A stretch of DNA of 59,683 bases, taken from Candidatus Lindowbacteria bacterium RIFCSPLOWO2_12_FULL_62_27. Its GTDB lineage: Bacteria > Lindowbacteria > 2-12-FULL-62-27. The stretch lies in assembly GCA_001784175.1 (NCBI GenBank), contig MFPR01000024.1:1-59683 (forward strand), given 5' to 3'. Numbering within the stretch: position 1 is the first letter of the stretch; every line of letters begins with the position of its first letter. A program made the position numbers and the translations under genes. Positions 49,601-57,242 of the stretch are shown one piece after another. The notes beneath the pieces were generated by a model. That model had not been told where the DNA came from. It saw only the letters and a list, made by a program, of their open reading frames with translations, and made no database searches.

Positions 49601-52600
49601 CGCGGATGAACAGATTGATCCGCGTGTTGGCATAGATGCCGTAGAGGCCGGACAGCGTCTTCGCCCCCGGCGGGTCGATGACCGTCGCGCCGGAGTCCTT
49701 GCCGATCAGCGTGATCGAGTCCTTGTCGATGTTCACGCCGGCGGTTTCGGTGGCGGAGATCACGACGTAGGAGTCGTACAACCCGGCGTCGATGTAGATG
49801 GTGTCGCCGGCGGTCGCCACTTGCATCGCGCGCGGAATCGACGCGAAAGGCTTGCCGATCGTTCCAAGGCCAGTCACGTCCGACCCGGCGGCTGTCGTCC
49901 AGCTGTCGCCCGTGGTTGAGCCGTCGTTCACGTACCAGTTCATCGTCGACGTAAACGGCGCGGAGTCGGACGGCTGGGAGTCGGAGAAGAAACTTTCGTT
50001 GGCGGAGGGCGTGGCCGTGTCGAAGGCGGTGACGCGGTAGAAATAGATGCGGCCCGGCGCGACATCCGTGTCCTGCCAGTTGACGACGGTGTTCGCCGTC
50101 TGCGCGACCTGACGCCACGACGACGTGTCTTTGATTCCGCTTCGGTACACGCGGTATCCGGAGAGCGACGCCCCGCCGGCCACGCCTTCCTCGTTCGCCG
50201 TCACCGCCTGCCACGTGACGATGAGGGACGTGTCACTCGGCGCCGCCGCCACCGTGTCCGGCGCTTTCGGCGCGGTCGTGTCGGCGCCCGCCGTCGTGTC
50301 GACCTGCCCCAGCCGGAACGGCTGCCAGATCACCGAATCGCCGTTCGACGCCTGATAGATCATCTTCCTGATCCGGTCCGTGTCGGTCGAGCCGAACCAG
50401 TTGCGGGTGAAAGAGAATTTGCTGGTCGGGGCCGTCGACCCGTTGAAGACCGCGCTGTCGGGGTTGCCGCTGGACGGGATGATGTTGTTTTTCTGCACGG
50501 TGTCCGACGAGGACACGCCGGTGATATAGATTTGATATTCAGTGTTCAATTGAAGGTCGTTTTGCGCGATGGTGTTGTCCGAACACAAATTCATTTTGAT
50601 GCCGTAGAGTCCGCTGGAGCGGGACGAGTTGCCCGTGATCGTGGTGTTCGAACTTGAATAGACATCGATGCCGTAGACACTCCCGCTGATGGCGTTGCCC
50701 GTCACCTTGTTGTTCGAACTAGATTCGATGTGAATGCCGTAGATACCGGTCGAAGTGACCGTGTTGTTGTTCACTGCGTTGCCGTTCGCGCCCCCATCCA
50801 CATAAATGCCGTATCCGTTCGACTTGACGGTATTGCCGCTCACCGTGTTGTTGGAACTCGCCAGCACCCGGATGCCGGGCCCCCCATTCGAAACGGCCAC
50901 ACTCTTGCTGATCGTGTTGGTATCTGAACCATTGGTGACAAAAATCCCGGCGTCGCCGCACGAAACCGCGCTGTCCATGGTAATCGTTGAACGGTCCACA
51001 TCGTTGAAACGGATTCCGACGTAGACGCCGGTGACACCTATGTTTTTGATCAAAAGGCCGGTTCGCCCGGAGGCGTTGATGCCGAACCGATTGTTTGGGC
51101 CGGCCGGGCCCGGCGGGTCGATGACCGTCGAGCCTGAATCCTTGCCGATCAGCGTGATCGAGTCCTTGTCGATGTTTATTCCGTATGTTTCGGATGCCGT
51201 CGCATCGGTGACGTAGGAGTCGTACAGCCCGGCGTCGATCCAGATCGTGTCGCCGACGGTTGCGAGTGCCATCGCTTTTGAAAGCGATAGGAATGGTTTT
51301 TGCGGCGTTCCGTTGCCCGACGTGTCCGATCCGGCCGTGTAGGTGTAGGAGTCGCCTGTCGTAGACGTGTCGTTCACGTACCAGTTCACCGTCGACGTAA
51401 ACGGCGCGGAGTCGCCCGGCTGGGAGTCGGAGAAGTAACTTTCGTTTTTGAAAGGCGTCGACGTGTCGTAGGCCGTGACGCGGTAGGAGTATACCCGGCC
51501 CGGAGCGACGTCGGTGTCCTCAAACTGGGTGGCCGTCGTGACCGCCACGGAAAGCCACGAGGACGTGTCCTTGACCTCGCTCCGGTAAATCGCGTAGGCC
51601 GAGAGGCTCGGCCCGCCGCCGGCGCCTTCGTCGTTGGTCGTCACCGCGTTCCAGGAAACGATCAGCGACGTGTCCGAGGACGTCACGGCGACCGTATCCG
51701 GCGACTTCGGCGCCGTCGTGTCGGCGCCCGGCGTCGTGTCGACCGCGCCAAGCCGGAACGGCGTGAACGCGTCGGCGGTGTCGACGAATTTGTTCTTGAT
51801 CGTGACCGTGTCGGTGGAGCCGAACCAGTTGCGCGACAGGCCCGCCTGTGCGATGCCGCTCTGGTTGGTGACGCTGCTTTTATTGTTGCCGGTGATATTG
51901 TTTTTGGAAACGAGGTTGCCGGTGGCGGTCGACTGGATCATGACGCCGGTGTCGTTGCCGGAGATGTCGTTCAGGGTGACGATGTTCGAGTCGGCGCCGC
52001 CGCGAAGGTCGACGCCGGAGATCGTGTTGTTGGAGATGTTGTTGAACCGCGCGATGTTGCCGGACGCGGAGGTGATGCGGAGGCCGTCCTGGGAGTTCGA
52101 CTTGACGACGTTGCCGCTCATGATGTTGTTGGCCCCGCCGGATGAGTAAATCCCGACCTGCGAATTCGAGTTGCAGGTGTTGCCGTAGACGGTGTTGGTC
52201 GAGCCGGAATTGAAAAAGATGCCGTACTGGGAATTGGAATTGAAGATGCTCGAATCCACCGTATTATTGTTGGCGCTGTCGAGCCAGAGGCCGTAGACGT
52301 TGCCGCCGCTCGCGTCGCAGCGCCGGACCTTGGACTGCTTGCTCGAAAACAGCCGGATGTTGCCGTTGCCCGAGTTGGACTGGGCGAGACAGTCCACGAG
52401 CGTGTTGAAATCGCTCGTCGACACATACAGGCCCGTCTGGCTGTTGTACGACGCCGTGGTGGCCGACACCGTGTTGGTGTCCGAGCCGTTGTTCAGATAA
52501 ATCCCGTTGAGGCCGTTCGAGCAGACGCTGTCACCGCTGATGGTCGAGAGGTCCGTATTATCAAAGTAGATCCCGCGGTAGGCGCCGGTGACGCCGAGGT

Positions 52601-55382
52601 TACGGATGAAGAGGTTCGTGCGGCCGGTCGCGTAAATGCCGTACAGGCCGGAGACGGAGTTGGCGCCGGGCGGATCGATCACCGTCGCGCCCGAATCCTT
52701 GCCGACGAGCGTGATCGAGTCCTTGTCGATGTTCACGCAGGCCGTTTCCGATCCCGCCACAATCGTCACGATCGAGTCGTACATGCCGGCGTCGATGAAA
52801 ATCGTGTCGCCCGTGGTCGCCACGCGCATGGCCATCGGCAGGCTTCGAAACGGCCGCGAGGACGAGCCGTTGCCGTACGCCGTGTCGGACCCGCCGGCGT
52901 ACGTGAACGAATCCGCGCCGGTGTAGGTGTCGTTCACGTACCAGTCCGGCCCGAAATAGGGCACGGCGGTTACGGTGTCGGCGAAGAATCCCTCGTTGAC
53001 GAACGCAGCCGCGTCGCGGGAGGTGATGCGGTAATAGTACGTGTTGCCGGCCGCGATTGAGACCGTGTCGACGAGTTGCGTGTCCGTGGCGCTCGAGCTG
53101 GTGAAATGCAGGGCATTCGCCCAGTGGGTCGTGTCGGCCGTGTTGGTCAGCCGATAGATCTTGAAGCCCGCATACCCCACCGACCCCCCGTTTGTTTCCT
53201 CGTCCAGGACCGGCGCCGTCCATTCGAGCGTGATCTGTCCGCTGTCGCTGGTTCCCGTCACGCGAAACGCCCCGGGCGCGGCCGGCGCGGTCGTGTCGGC
53301 GCCCGCGGCGGTGTCGACCTGGGCGTGGCGGTAGGGCTTGAATGTGATTTTTTTGGTGGATGCGGTGTCGAATATCCTGGAGCTGATGATCGTTTCGTCC
53401 GTCGTGCCCCACCAGTTCCTCGTCAGCGTCTGGACCGTGTCGGACCGGTTATAGACGATGCTGTCAGGGTTGGTCGAGGAAGCCTTGAAGTTGTTCTTCT
53501 CGACGATGGAGTTGGACGGCCCGAGGGGGTCGAAGGAAATTTGGTACTCGGTATTGTCGGTGATCGTGTTCTGGGCGGCGTAGAGGTTCGAGCCGTTGAT
53601 GACCCAGAGGCCGAAGATGGAATTGAGGGACATGACGTTGTTGGTGACGATGGCGCTCGGCCCCGCGATCACGATGCCGTACTGGTTGGAGTTGGCGGTG
53701 TTGCCGGTAAATACGCAGTTTGAGCCATTGTTCAGCCGGATGCCCTGCGACGCGCCGCCATTGACGGTGTTGTTCTTGACGGTGAGACGCGAGCTGTTCA
53801 GAAGAAACATCCCGTAGCTCGAATTGGAATTGACGGTATTTCCCGAGACGGTATTGTTGTGGGCGGACGACTGCGTATAGACGCCGTACTGTCCGTTGGA
53901 ATTGAGGATGCTGTTTGAAATCGTATTGAACGTGCTGGCGTTGAATTCGATCCCAAACCCCGACCCGACGACGTTCCGGCTGAGGTCGCACTGGGTGATG
54001 GTGTTGGTGTCGGACCCGCTCACAAGCTCGATCCCGTGCCGGCCGTTGGAGCCGAAGCTGTCGCCGGTGACGGTCGAGAAATCGACGTTGCTAAACCGCA
54101 CGCCGGTATAGGCGCCGGTCACGCCGAGGTTCTTGAGAACAAGTCCCGTCACATTCTGCGCCAGAATCCCGTAGAGGCCGGCGGTCGCGTTCGACCCCGG
54201 CGGATCGATGACGGTAGTGCGCGAGTCGGCGCCGATCAACCAGAGGTTGCTCGTACTGATGACGACCGTCTCCGTGTACGCCCCGGCGTCGATGTAAATC
54301 GTGTCCCCGGCCTTGGCCTTCGTCAGCGCCTTCGTAATCGTCAAAAACGGCCGCCCGGACGAGCCGTCGCCGGTGGTGTCGCCGGTCCTGCTCGTGAACG
54401 AGTCGCCAGCGGTCGAAACGTCGTTTACGTACCAGTTCGGGCCGGAGTAAAAAGGGACCGTGTAGCCCCAGAAGTTGGTGGTTGTATTACCTCCGAGAGC
54501 ATAGACCGTGTCACCCGAACCGGGATACACCAATGCGCCGCCACTAGCCACAGAGTCCGGCGCGGACGCCATCGTCGTCCATGTGTTATTTGTGATGGAA
54601 TACGCCCAGAAGTTGGCGGTTGTATTACCTCCGAGAGCATAGATCGTGTCACCCGAACCGGGATACACCAATGCGCCGCCACTAGACGCGGTGGCCGGGG
54701 CGACCGCCATCGTCGTCCATGTGTCATTCGTGATGGAATACGCCCAGAAGGTGGTGGTGGTATTACCTCTGAAAGCATAAATCGTGTCACCCGAACCGGG
54801 ATACACCAATGCGCCGCCACTAGCCACAGTAGCCGGGGTGGCCGCCATCGTCGTCCATGTGTTATTTGTGATGGAATACGCCCAGAAGGTGGTGGTGGTA
54901 TTACCTCTAAAAGCATAAATCGTGTCACCCGAACCGGGATACACCAACGATCCACCAGACTCCACGGTTGCCGGGGCGGCAGCCATCGTCGTCCATGTGT
55001 TATTTTTGACGGAATACGCCCAGAAGCTTGTGGTGAGATTACCTCCAAAAGCATAAATTGTGTCACCCGAACCGGGATAAACCAACGATCCACCAGATTG
55101 CACGGTTGCCGGGGCGGCCGCGAGGGCTGCCCAAATGTTATTTGCGATAGAATAGCCCCAGAAGGTGGTGGTGGTATTACCTCTAAAAGCATAAATCGTG
55201 TCACCCGAACCAGGATACACCAACCTACCACCCTGAGCCACGGTGGCCGGGGTGGTCGCGAGGGTGGTCCAGGTGTTGGGGGCTGCGGAGGCCGGGTCGG
55301 TGAAAAGTGAAAAGAGGAAAGTGGAAAGGGCGATCAGGAGCGATCCAGAGAAACGGAGAAACGGAAGGAAGGGGTCAAGCAT
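40665..55382 (-). CDS. Giant (~4900 aa) secreted protein: 6 Kelch-like repeats, 8 beta-helix + FN3 modules, conserved C-terminal region with a FlgD-Ig/T9SS-like CTD
   Basis: Single ORF (open from 55493); WYVND..GDTI.IDAG heads, Asn-rich GIxLxxSSNNT repeats, YYYRVTA FN3 cores, terminal YPNP...KIFDVGGRLV...WDG...SGVYIY. Confidence 0.92.
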   Translation of the reverse strand: MLDPFLPFLRFSGSLLIALSTFLFSLFTDPASAAPNTWTTLATTPATVAQGGRLVYPGSGDTIYAFRGNTTTTFWGYSIANNIWAALAAAPATVQSGGSLVYPGSGDTIYAFGGNLTTSFWAYSVKNNTWTTMAAAPATVESGGSLVYPGSGDTIYAFRGNTTTTFWAYSITNNTWTTMAATPATVASGGALVYPGSGDTIYAFRGNTTTTFWAYSITNDTWTTMAVAPATASSGGALVYPGSGDTIYALGGNTTANFWAYSITNNTWTTMASAPDSVASGGALVYPGSGDTVYALGGNTTTNFWGYTVPFYSGPNWYVNDVSTAGDSFTSRTGDTTGDGSSGRPFLTITKALTKAKAGDTIYIDAGAYTETVVISTSNLWLIGADSRTTVIDPPGSNATAGLYGILAQNVTGLVLKNLGVTGAYTGVRFSNVDFSTVTGDSFGSNGRHGIELVSGSDTNTITQCDLSRNVVGSGFGIEFNASTFNTISNSILNSNGQYGVYTQSSAHNNTVSGNTVNSNSSYGMFLLNSSRLTVKNNTVNGGASQGIRLNNGSNCVFTGNTANSNQYGIVIAGPSAIVTNNVMSLNSIFGLWVINGSNLYAAQNTITDNTEYQISFDPLGPSNSIVEKNNFKASSTNPDSIVYNRSDTVQTLTRNWWGTTDETIISSRIFDTASTKKITFKPYRHAQVDTAAGADTTAPAAPGAFRVTGTSDSGQITLEWTAPVLDEETNGGSVGYAGFKIYRLTNTADTTHWANALHFTSSSATDTQLVDTVSIAAGNTYYYRITSRDAAAFVNEGFFADTVTAVPYFGPDWYVNDTYTGADSFTYAGGSDTAYGNGSSSRPFRSLPMAMRVATTGDTIFIDAGMYDSIVTIVAGSETACVNIDKDSITLVGKDSGATVIDPPGANSVSGLYGIYATGRTNLFIRNLGVTGAYRGIYFDNTDLSTISGDSVCSNGLNGIYLNNGSDTNTVSATTASYNSQTGLYVSTSDFNTLVDCLAQSNSGNGNIRLFSSKQSKVRRCDASGGNVYGLWLDSANNNTVDSSIFNSNSQYGIFFNSGSTNTVYGNTCNSNSQVGIYSSGGANNIMSGNVVKSNSQDGLRITSASGNIARFNNISNNTISGVDLRGGADSNIVTLNDISGNDTGVMIQSTATGNLVSKNNITGNNKSSVTNQSGIAQAGLSRNWFGSTDTVTIKNKFVDTADAFTPFRLGAVDTTPGADTTAPKSPDTVAVTSSDTSLIVSWNAVTTNDEGAGGGPSLSAYAIYRSEVKDTSSWLSVAVTTATQFEDTDVAPGRVYSYRVTAYDTSTPFKNESYFSDSQPGDSAPFTSTVNWYVNDTSTTGDSYTYTAGSDTSGNGTPQKPFLSLSKAMALATVGDTIWIDAGLYDSYVTDATASETYGINIDKDSITLIGKDSGSTVIDPPGPAGPNNRFGINASGRTGLLIKNIGVTGVYVGIRFNDVDRSTITMDSAVSCGDAGIFVTNGSDTNTISKSVAVSNGGPGIRVLASSNNTVSGNTVKSNGYGIYVDGGANGNAVNNNTVTSTGIYGIHIESSSNNKVTGNAISGSVYGIDVYSSSNTTITGNSSRSSGLYGIKMNLCSDNTIAQNDLQLNTEYQIYITGVSSSDTVQKNNIIPSSGNPDSAVFNGSTAPTSKFSFTRNWFGSTDTDRIRKMIYQASNGDSVIWQPFRLGQVDTTAGADTTAPKAPDTVAAAPSDTSLIVTWQAVTANEEGVAGGASLSGYRVYRSGIKDTSSWRQVAQTANTVVNWQDTDVAPGRIYFYRVTAFDTATPSANESFFSDSQPSDSAPFTSTMNWYVNDGSTTGDSWTTAAGSDVTGLGTIGKPFASIPRAMQVATAGDTIYIDAGLYDSYVVISATETAGVNIDKDSITLIGKDSGATVIDPPGAKTLSGLYGIYANTRINLFIRDIGVTGAYNGIHFYNVDYSTIDGDSASSCGNDGIRMGNGSDTNTVKNSAAQSNTNNGIDVLASSFNNTLTNNTLTSNAYGIILNNGSNGSTVTNNTLTSNSTGIQLVNGTGGATITNNTIRSGSTGIYLTGGSNNTITNNAITSNSSTGLFLTSSSNNNTVTNNTLSSNGYYGINLTSSSNNTVSLNDLRLNTSYQIFITGTSSSDTVQKNNIVTSSTNPDSGVYNWTGNTYDFARNWWNTVDTVAIGRKMFDTGYVNRIGYIPFRLGEVDTTAGADTTAPKAPDTVAAAGNDTSVTVTWQATSSLEESNGGAVGLSGYRIYRSAVKDTSSWIKVAQVGSAVDGWQDTDLAPGQKFYYRVTALDTPALANESFFSDSQPGDSASFASRVNWYVNDGSTAGDSWATATGSDLSGQGTISSPFASIPMAMRMATAGDTIFIDAGTFDSYVVVNGTDTAGVNIDKDSITLVGKDSSATVIDPPGPNTQANLYGIYADTQTGLWIKNLGVTGAYDGIHLENVDLSNLTGDSASANGNSGVSLSGGSDTNTLAQLTTNFNSGNGVYIASSSNDTLSNSLSRNNGVAGFSLTTTTRSTLINNTSHNNDDGFVLQNNSDFNTLTGNTSDTNTSMGFSLFTNCVSNTLTNNTAGNNAAFGFRLNSSCNNNTVANNTSRNNTSHGFFVDGVSSGNTLTGNTSEKNTAIGFWFQSSGSNILKDNISRNNTSQGVRLNLASNNNLLKNNLIQNNASHGIHLDASPVGNVITQNTIDSNLLYQVYINGASSSDTVVKNNIRTSPTNPDSGAYNSTGKTFDFKRNYWNSTDSGRISKMIFDTATPSRIQFQPYRLGEVDTTAGADTTAPKAPDTVAATGNDTSIIVEWTAVTALEEPANGGAVGLEGYRVFRSAVKDTSSWIMVWKPTGIRYQDTDVAPGRVYYYRVVAYDTATLDNASFFSDSQPSDSASFTSRVNWYVNDGSTVGDSWATATGSDITGQGTISSPFASIPMAMRMATAGDTIYIDAGLYDSYVTAATATETYGVNIDKDSITLIGKDSGATVINPPGANGLSGLYGIYADTQSGLLIKNIGVTGAFDGIYFHNVDNSTIESDSAASCGNNGISLSVNSDSNTISNSSAGLNTSIGIVLGTSSNNNTVTNNTASSNLAYGIVLSSSSNNTLTNNTARLNSNDGINLTTSSNNNTLTNNTASSNFSVGIYLLSNSSNNTLTNNTANSNSIYGILLSSSSNNTVTNNTVSSNSVDGINVSSSSSNTIIQNDVRNNTQYQVYISGTSSSDTVQMNNLVPSGTNPDSGVYNGSTVTTNKFTLTRNWWNSTDTERIKKMIFQESNGDSVIWQPFRLGQVDTTAGADTTAPKAPDTVAVVSANTDTSIILEWTSVTANEEGVAGGAGLEGYRIFRSAIPDTSSWIMIGKIVGAGIRFQDTSASVGTTYYYRVTAYDTATLDNQSFFSDSQPSMMRVFADTGAVTVYVSSFGDSTAPDAGDTTKAYRNINEALAALNPTSGWDTIVVFAKPGGDSYYQQLDLRGDTGLTLISKKAFSGADAVFDTWAKIAYDTGTIIRAWTNTRLEGLFIDGIDSSRTSIGTDPPLANVNEHNAVFLASSCSSAVIRSVDIRNVHFGVVGDSAHLTRVLNNHISDLVRDGIHFDNGSQDNVIAENTIERQSHSGRHGHGIKLKTSAARNTVRDNIVRNSNMAMEFVSTGGSNRIYHNQIYNSDTGVWLSGAGADSFVANNVINMSSTLMDMGSSPNFDARRNWWGFRDMNVILSKTINDGSVKLFPARTSPVDTFMVAADTAAPGTPDTFALNGVSGSGNQVLVTWDTPDFNEDGKSPADLTEYRVYRLTVPDTTDWRNAFLASVGAGVVSYTDFTVVAGTTYYYRLSASETLAGGFFNESPFADTKTVTPAVDTNIPNVWYVNDTSLTGDSFSTGAGSDTQSGLARATPFRTIQKALTLVSQGDTVLIDAGLYAETVVIDTNAVALIGKDSVATVIDPPGDSSVTTLYGIYATGRTGLLIKTMGVTGAFEGIYFNNVDLSSIFGDSACSNGSHGIYLLNGSDSNTVSGNTAHFNQWGIYLSLNSNSNTVTGNAAGSNWNKGFGLWTTTNNIVSGNTSSSNADVGIYLELSSNNTVTGNTSTSNADGGIGLVSSSNNTVSGNTANSNSAEGIQLELSSNNTIVQNDVRNNAQYQVYIDGASSSDTVQKNNIVPSTTNPDSAVYNSSTSATNKFTFTRNWWGTTDETRIKKMIYQASNGDSVLFSPYRLGLIDTAPTADSVPPLPPQNIAVDTITPNVLKLTWSNPTLDEDSASPRTGFGAVRIYRLAGSPDTTHWANALYATLTGGQTTFTDTNALDTVTYYYRLTAEDTATLVNASFFSDTFSKATVFANGDTLFLVSGNHQVIANGQTCTLVVDVKDGPLGQLIPFANVSFEVSYDSGVPTALTAGRANSDGRLTYTTALSSGDGLYMITASVRSGPADDVIFAIYTNKRRVLANKWTMFAPFKHPDTVTATATALGKLSYGGAALSYEYDPALSPVAPFNRYRSISGQAAPNDASPNIFSEYKLGRGYWFKTMEATGLGLYDAGAYAPIAAADTFKVRLAVAGAHMIGNPFPHFIDWLDDVFVTLDTAPDMLLSLRSFTPGVPAIDTGLQWRSQVADQYENPWAAGDTTVQLKPWVGYWVKVNAPCTMVFIPNKRMPQTGRVRQASPIYTPPSQGGAGEGDVSNWRLRLMAYSGVPEIRDEYAYLGVAPAAVDGEDMNDLWKAPGMIGDLQVMVGEANAGNEQFAMKSYATSIAAPVKTASVWPVVVSGATGSVTLKWDASGLPSDYGAYLLGAPSGPVDLRASSSLVLESKIENLKSKISLTLAVGMPGHLAAFLAAPLSADQTFAYPNPGPDAAGRVTFKYNLQAAGEVTLKIFDVGGRLVGEMKETGAPGSNTSLQWDGTNRTGQKVGSGVYIYILEAAGNKLVDKLAIVR
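54460..55275 (-). repeat. Six tandem 138-bp coding repeats (46-aa Kelch-like blades)
   Basis: TCACCCGAACC recurs at 54511, 54649, 54787, 54925, 55063 and 55201. Confidence 0.92.
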
Positions 55383-55559
55383 TAAGTTATTGAAGTTATT
55401 GTTGTCGTGGGGAAGGTTTCTCGAAATCCGGCTCAGACCGTTAGTTGTTAAGTTGTGATGCAACTCATTCATGATGTGCGAGTTCCGGGTCATCTCAAGA
55501 GACCAACTGGACGACGGTGGACCGACTCGTCAGGGGGTTCGCATATCCTCATCCACCGA

Positions 55560-55928
55560 CTATCTCGAAGCATTTTCAATCGCCACCCGGCCCGACACAA
55601 AATTGATCCGCAATTCCATACCGTCCAGAAGACGCGTACCGATCAAAACTTCGGACGGCGAACCCGCGACAGCGACCACCTGCCGGCGCTTTCCACCAAA
55701 GATCACGATGCCCAGATAGGTGTCGGATTCCATTTTTTCTCCGGACGCCAACTCGTATGTTTCGATCCCTATCCGATTCCAACCAAGACGCTTCAACAGG
55801 CGGGCGGGTACGCTCAAGTATTCATTGAAACCGGTGTCGATCACGGCTGACACGGTCATGCGTGTCTTCCCCCTAAGCACGATGGAAACAACAGGCTCCA
55901 TGAATTCATTGACATGGCCTTTAATCAT
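55560..55928 (-). CDS. Clan AA (retropepsin-like) aspartic protease
   Basis: AVIDTGF and LIGTRLL motifs. Confidence 0.88.
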   Translation of the reverse strand: MIKGHVNEFMEPVVSIVLRGKTRMTVSAVIDTGFNEYLSVPARLLKRLGWNRIGIETYELASGEKMESDTYLGIVIFGGKRRQVVAVAGSPSEVLIGTRLLDGMELRINFVSGRVAIENASR

Positions 55929-56181
55929 ATCCACGTCTGAGTTTGTGGACGGTTTTGAAACCGACACGGAAGAAACCAAAGAGAGCGCGGGGGAAAACCC
56001 GACGCGCTTTCAGCGCCACTTCCAACGTGTCCTTGCCGACAAAATAGGATCCCGTGTCGGGTTCAATCGCAACAATCTCGCCGCGGTGGGACTTGCCGAT
56101 CCTTTTGGACAGCCGGCGAAACTGCCGTTCACAACGCGCAAACATCTTCGAATCTCCGCCGTTGGCTTTCATGGCTTTCAT
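55921..56181 (-). CDS. Small basic protein (DUF5678-like) paired with the aspartic protease
   Basis: GEIVAIEPDTGSYFVG..FFRVG; 8-nt overlap with the protease gene. Confidence 0.7.
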   Translation of the reverse strand: MKAMKANGGDSKMFARCERQFRRLSKRIGKSHRGEIVAIEPDTGSYFVGKDTLEVALKARRVFPRALFGFFRVGFKTVHKLRRGYD

Positions 56182-56315
56182 ATCAGCATCCTACCCGCAA
56201 CGTCGCCAGAAGGCAATCTGCGGGATGGAGCGGGCGATTTCCGTCGCGACGAGCAGGACGGTGTTAAGCATTAAGTTATTGAAGTTATTGGCGGATCCGG
56301 GAAGGTGGAAGGATT

Positions 56316-57242
56316 TCACGCCGGTTGTTTCGATTCAAGGGATTTGGCGAGCTGAAGGACGGCCGAGGTGCTGCGGTGGATGGAGCGGGCGATATCCGTC
56401 GCGGCGATGCCCTCCCGCAGACCTTGCAGGCACAGCATCGCGCGAACGCGACTGGTCTTACGGTCACGCCCGTTGCCCGTAATCCGCGACTTCGGAATCT
56501 CCGTCTCCGCAGAGAGTTCGGACAGAATCTCATCCATCGTCTTCCCTGTCGGCCTGAGATTGAGGTTTCTCCGCTCCGTCCTCCGCTCGACGGACGATTC
56601 GATCCGATCGAGAAACGATTTGACGCCGGCGACGTCCAGTCGCCTGACTTTTCGGCTTCCCGGGAGCGTGTCATCGGGCACGATCTGCCCTGCCGGACCC
56701 GCCGGGTCATCTTCCGATTTCTTCAAAAGTGTGGCGTAAGACGACACGCCACCGCTGATTTCGATTATGAAATCCTTCGCGATTGGAACATCGCTCCTCC
56801 CGCCCAAATAATACGCCGCGCTGGACCAGCGGTAATCCCCGGCATTCTTGACCATTCCCGCGCGAACCGGGTTGTTATGGATGTAGCATGACGCGACGAT
56901 CAGATAGGACTCTCTGTCGACCCATTCGGCGTTATACGTGCCGTTAAACACGTGGCCAATTCTTCCACGACGCCGGTTCCACGCTTTGGCGAAATCTCCG
57001 TGGACCCTCTGAATGGCATCAGGGAGCCGGCCGCCATCCACATCCTGCACCAGAAGATGAAGATGGTTTGTCATCAGACAGTAGGCATGAAGGCGAATTT
57101 TACAGGCAGCCAGAGCCTTTATCAGCCGGTGCAGATAATCGAGCTTGTCCTCGTCCGTTTCAAAAATATTCTGCCGATTGTTCCCCCGCGCGGTCACGTG
57201 GAAAAAGGCGAGAGGCTCGCGGATCCGGTGGGGACGTGTCAT
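56316..57242 (-). CDS. REP-associated tyrosine transposase (Y1 HUH) with a C-terminal helical/HTH domain
   Basis: FHVTARGNNRQNIF, AYCLMTNHLHLL, YIHNNP and YRWSS motifs. Confidence 0.93.
   Translation of the reverse strand: MTRPHRIREPLAFFHVTARGNNRQNIFETDEDKLDYLHRLIKALAACKIRLHAYCLMTNHLHLLVQDVDGGRLPDAIQRVHGDFAKAWNRRRGRIGHVFNGTYNAEWVDRESYLIVASCYIHNNPVRAGMVKNAGDYRWSSAAYYLGGRSDVPIAKDFIIEISGGVSSYATLLKKSEDDPAGPAGQIVPDDTLPGSRKVRRLDVAGVKSFLDRIESSVERRTERRNLNLRPTGKTMDEILSELSAETEIPKSRITGNGRDRKTSRVRAMLCLQGLREGIAATDIARSIHRSTSAVLQLAKSLESKQPA

Noticed and set aside
54036-55310. Repetitive ORFs in other frames, or a CRISPR-like array
   Set aside because: These are the 138-bp coding repeats read off-frame; there are no unique spacers and no cas genes
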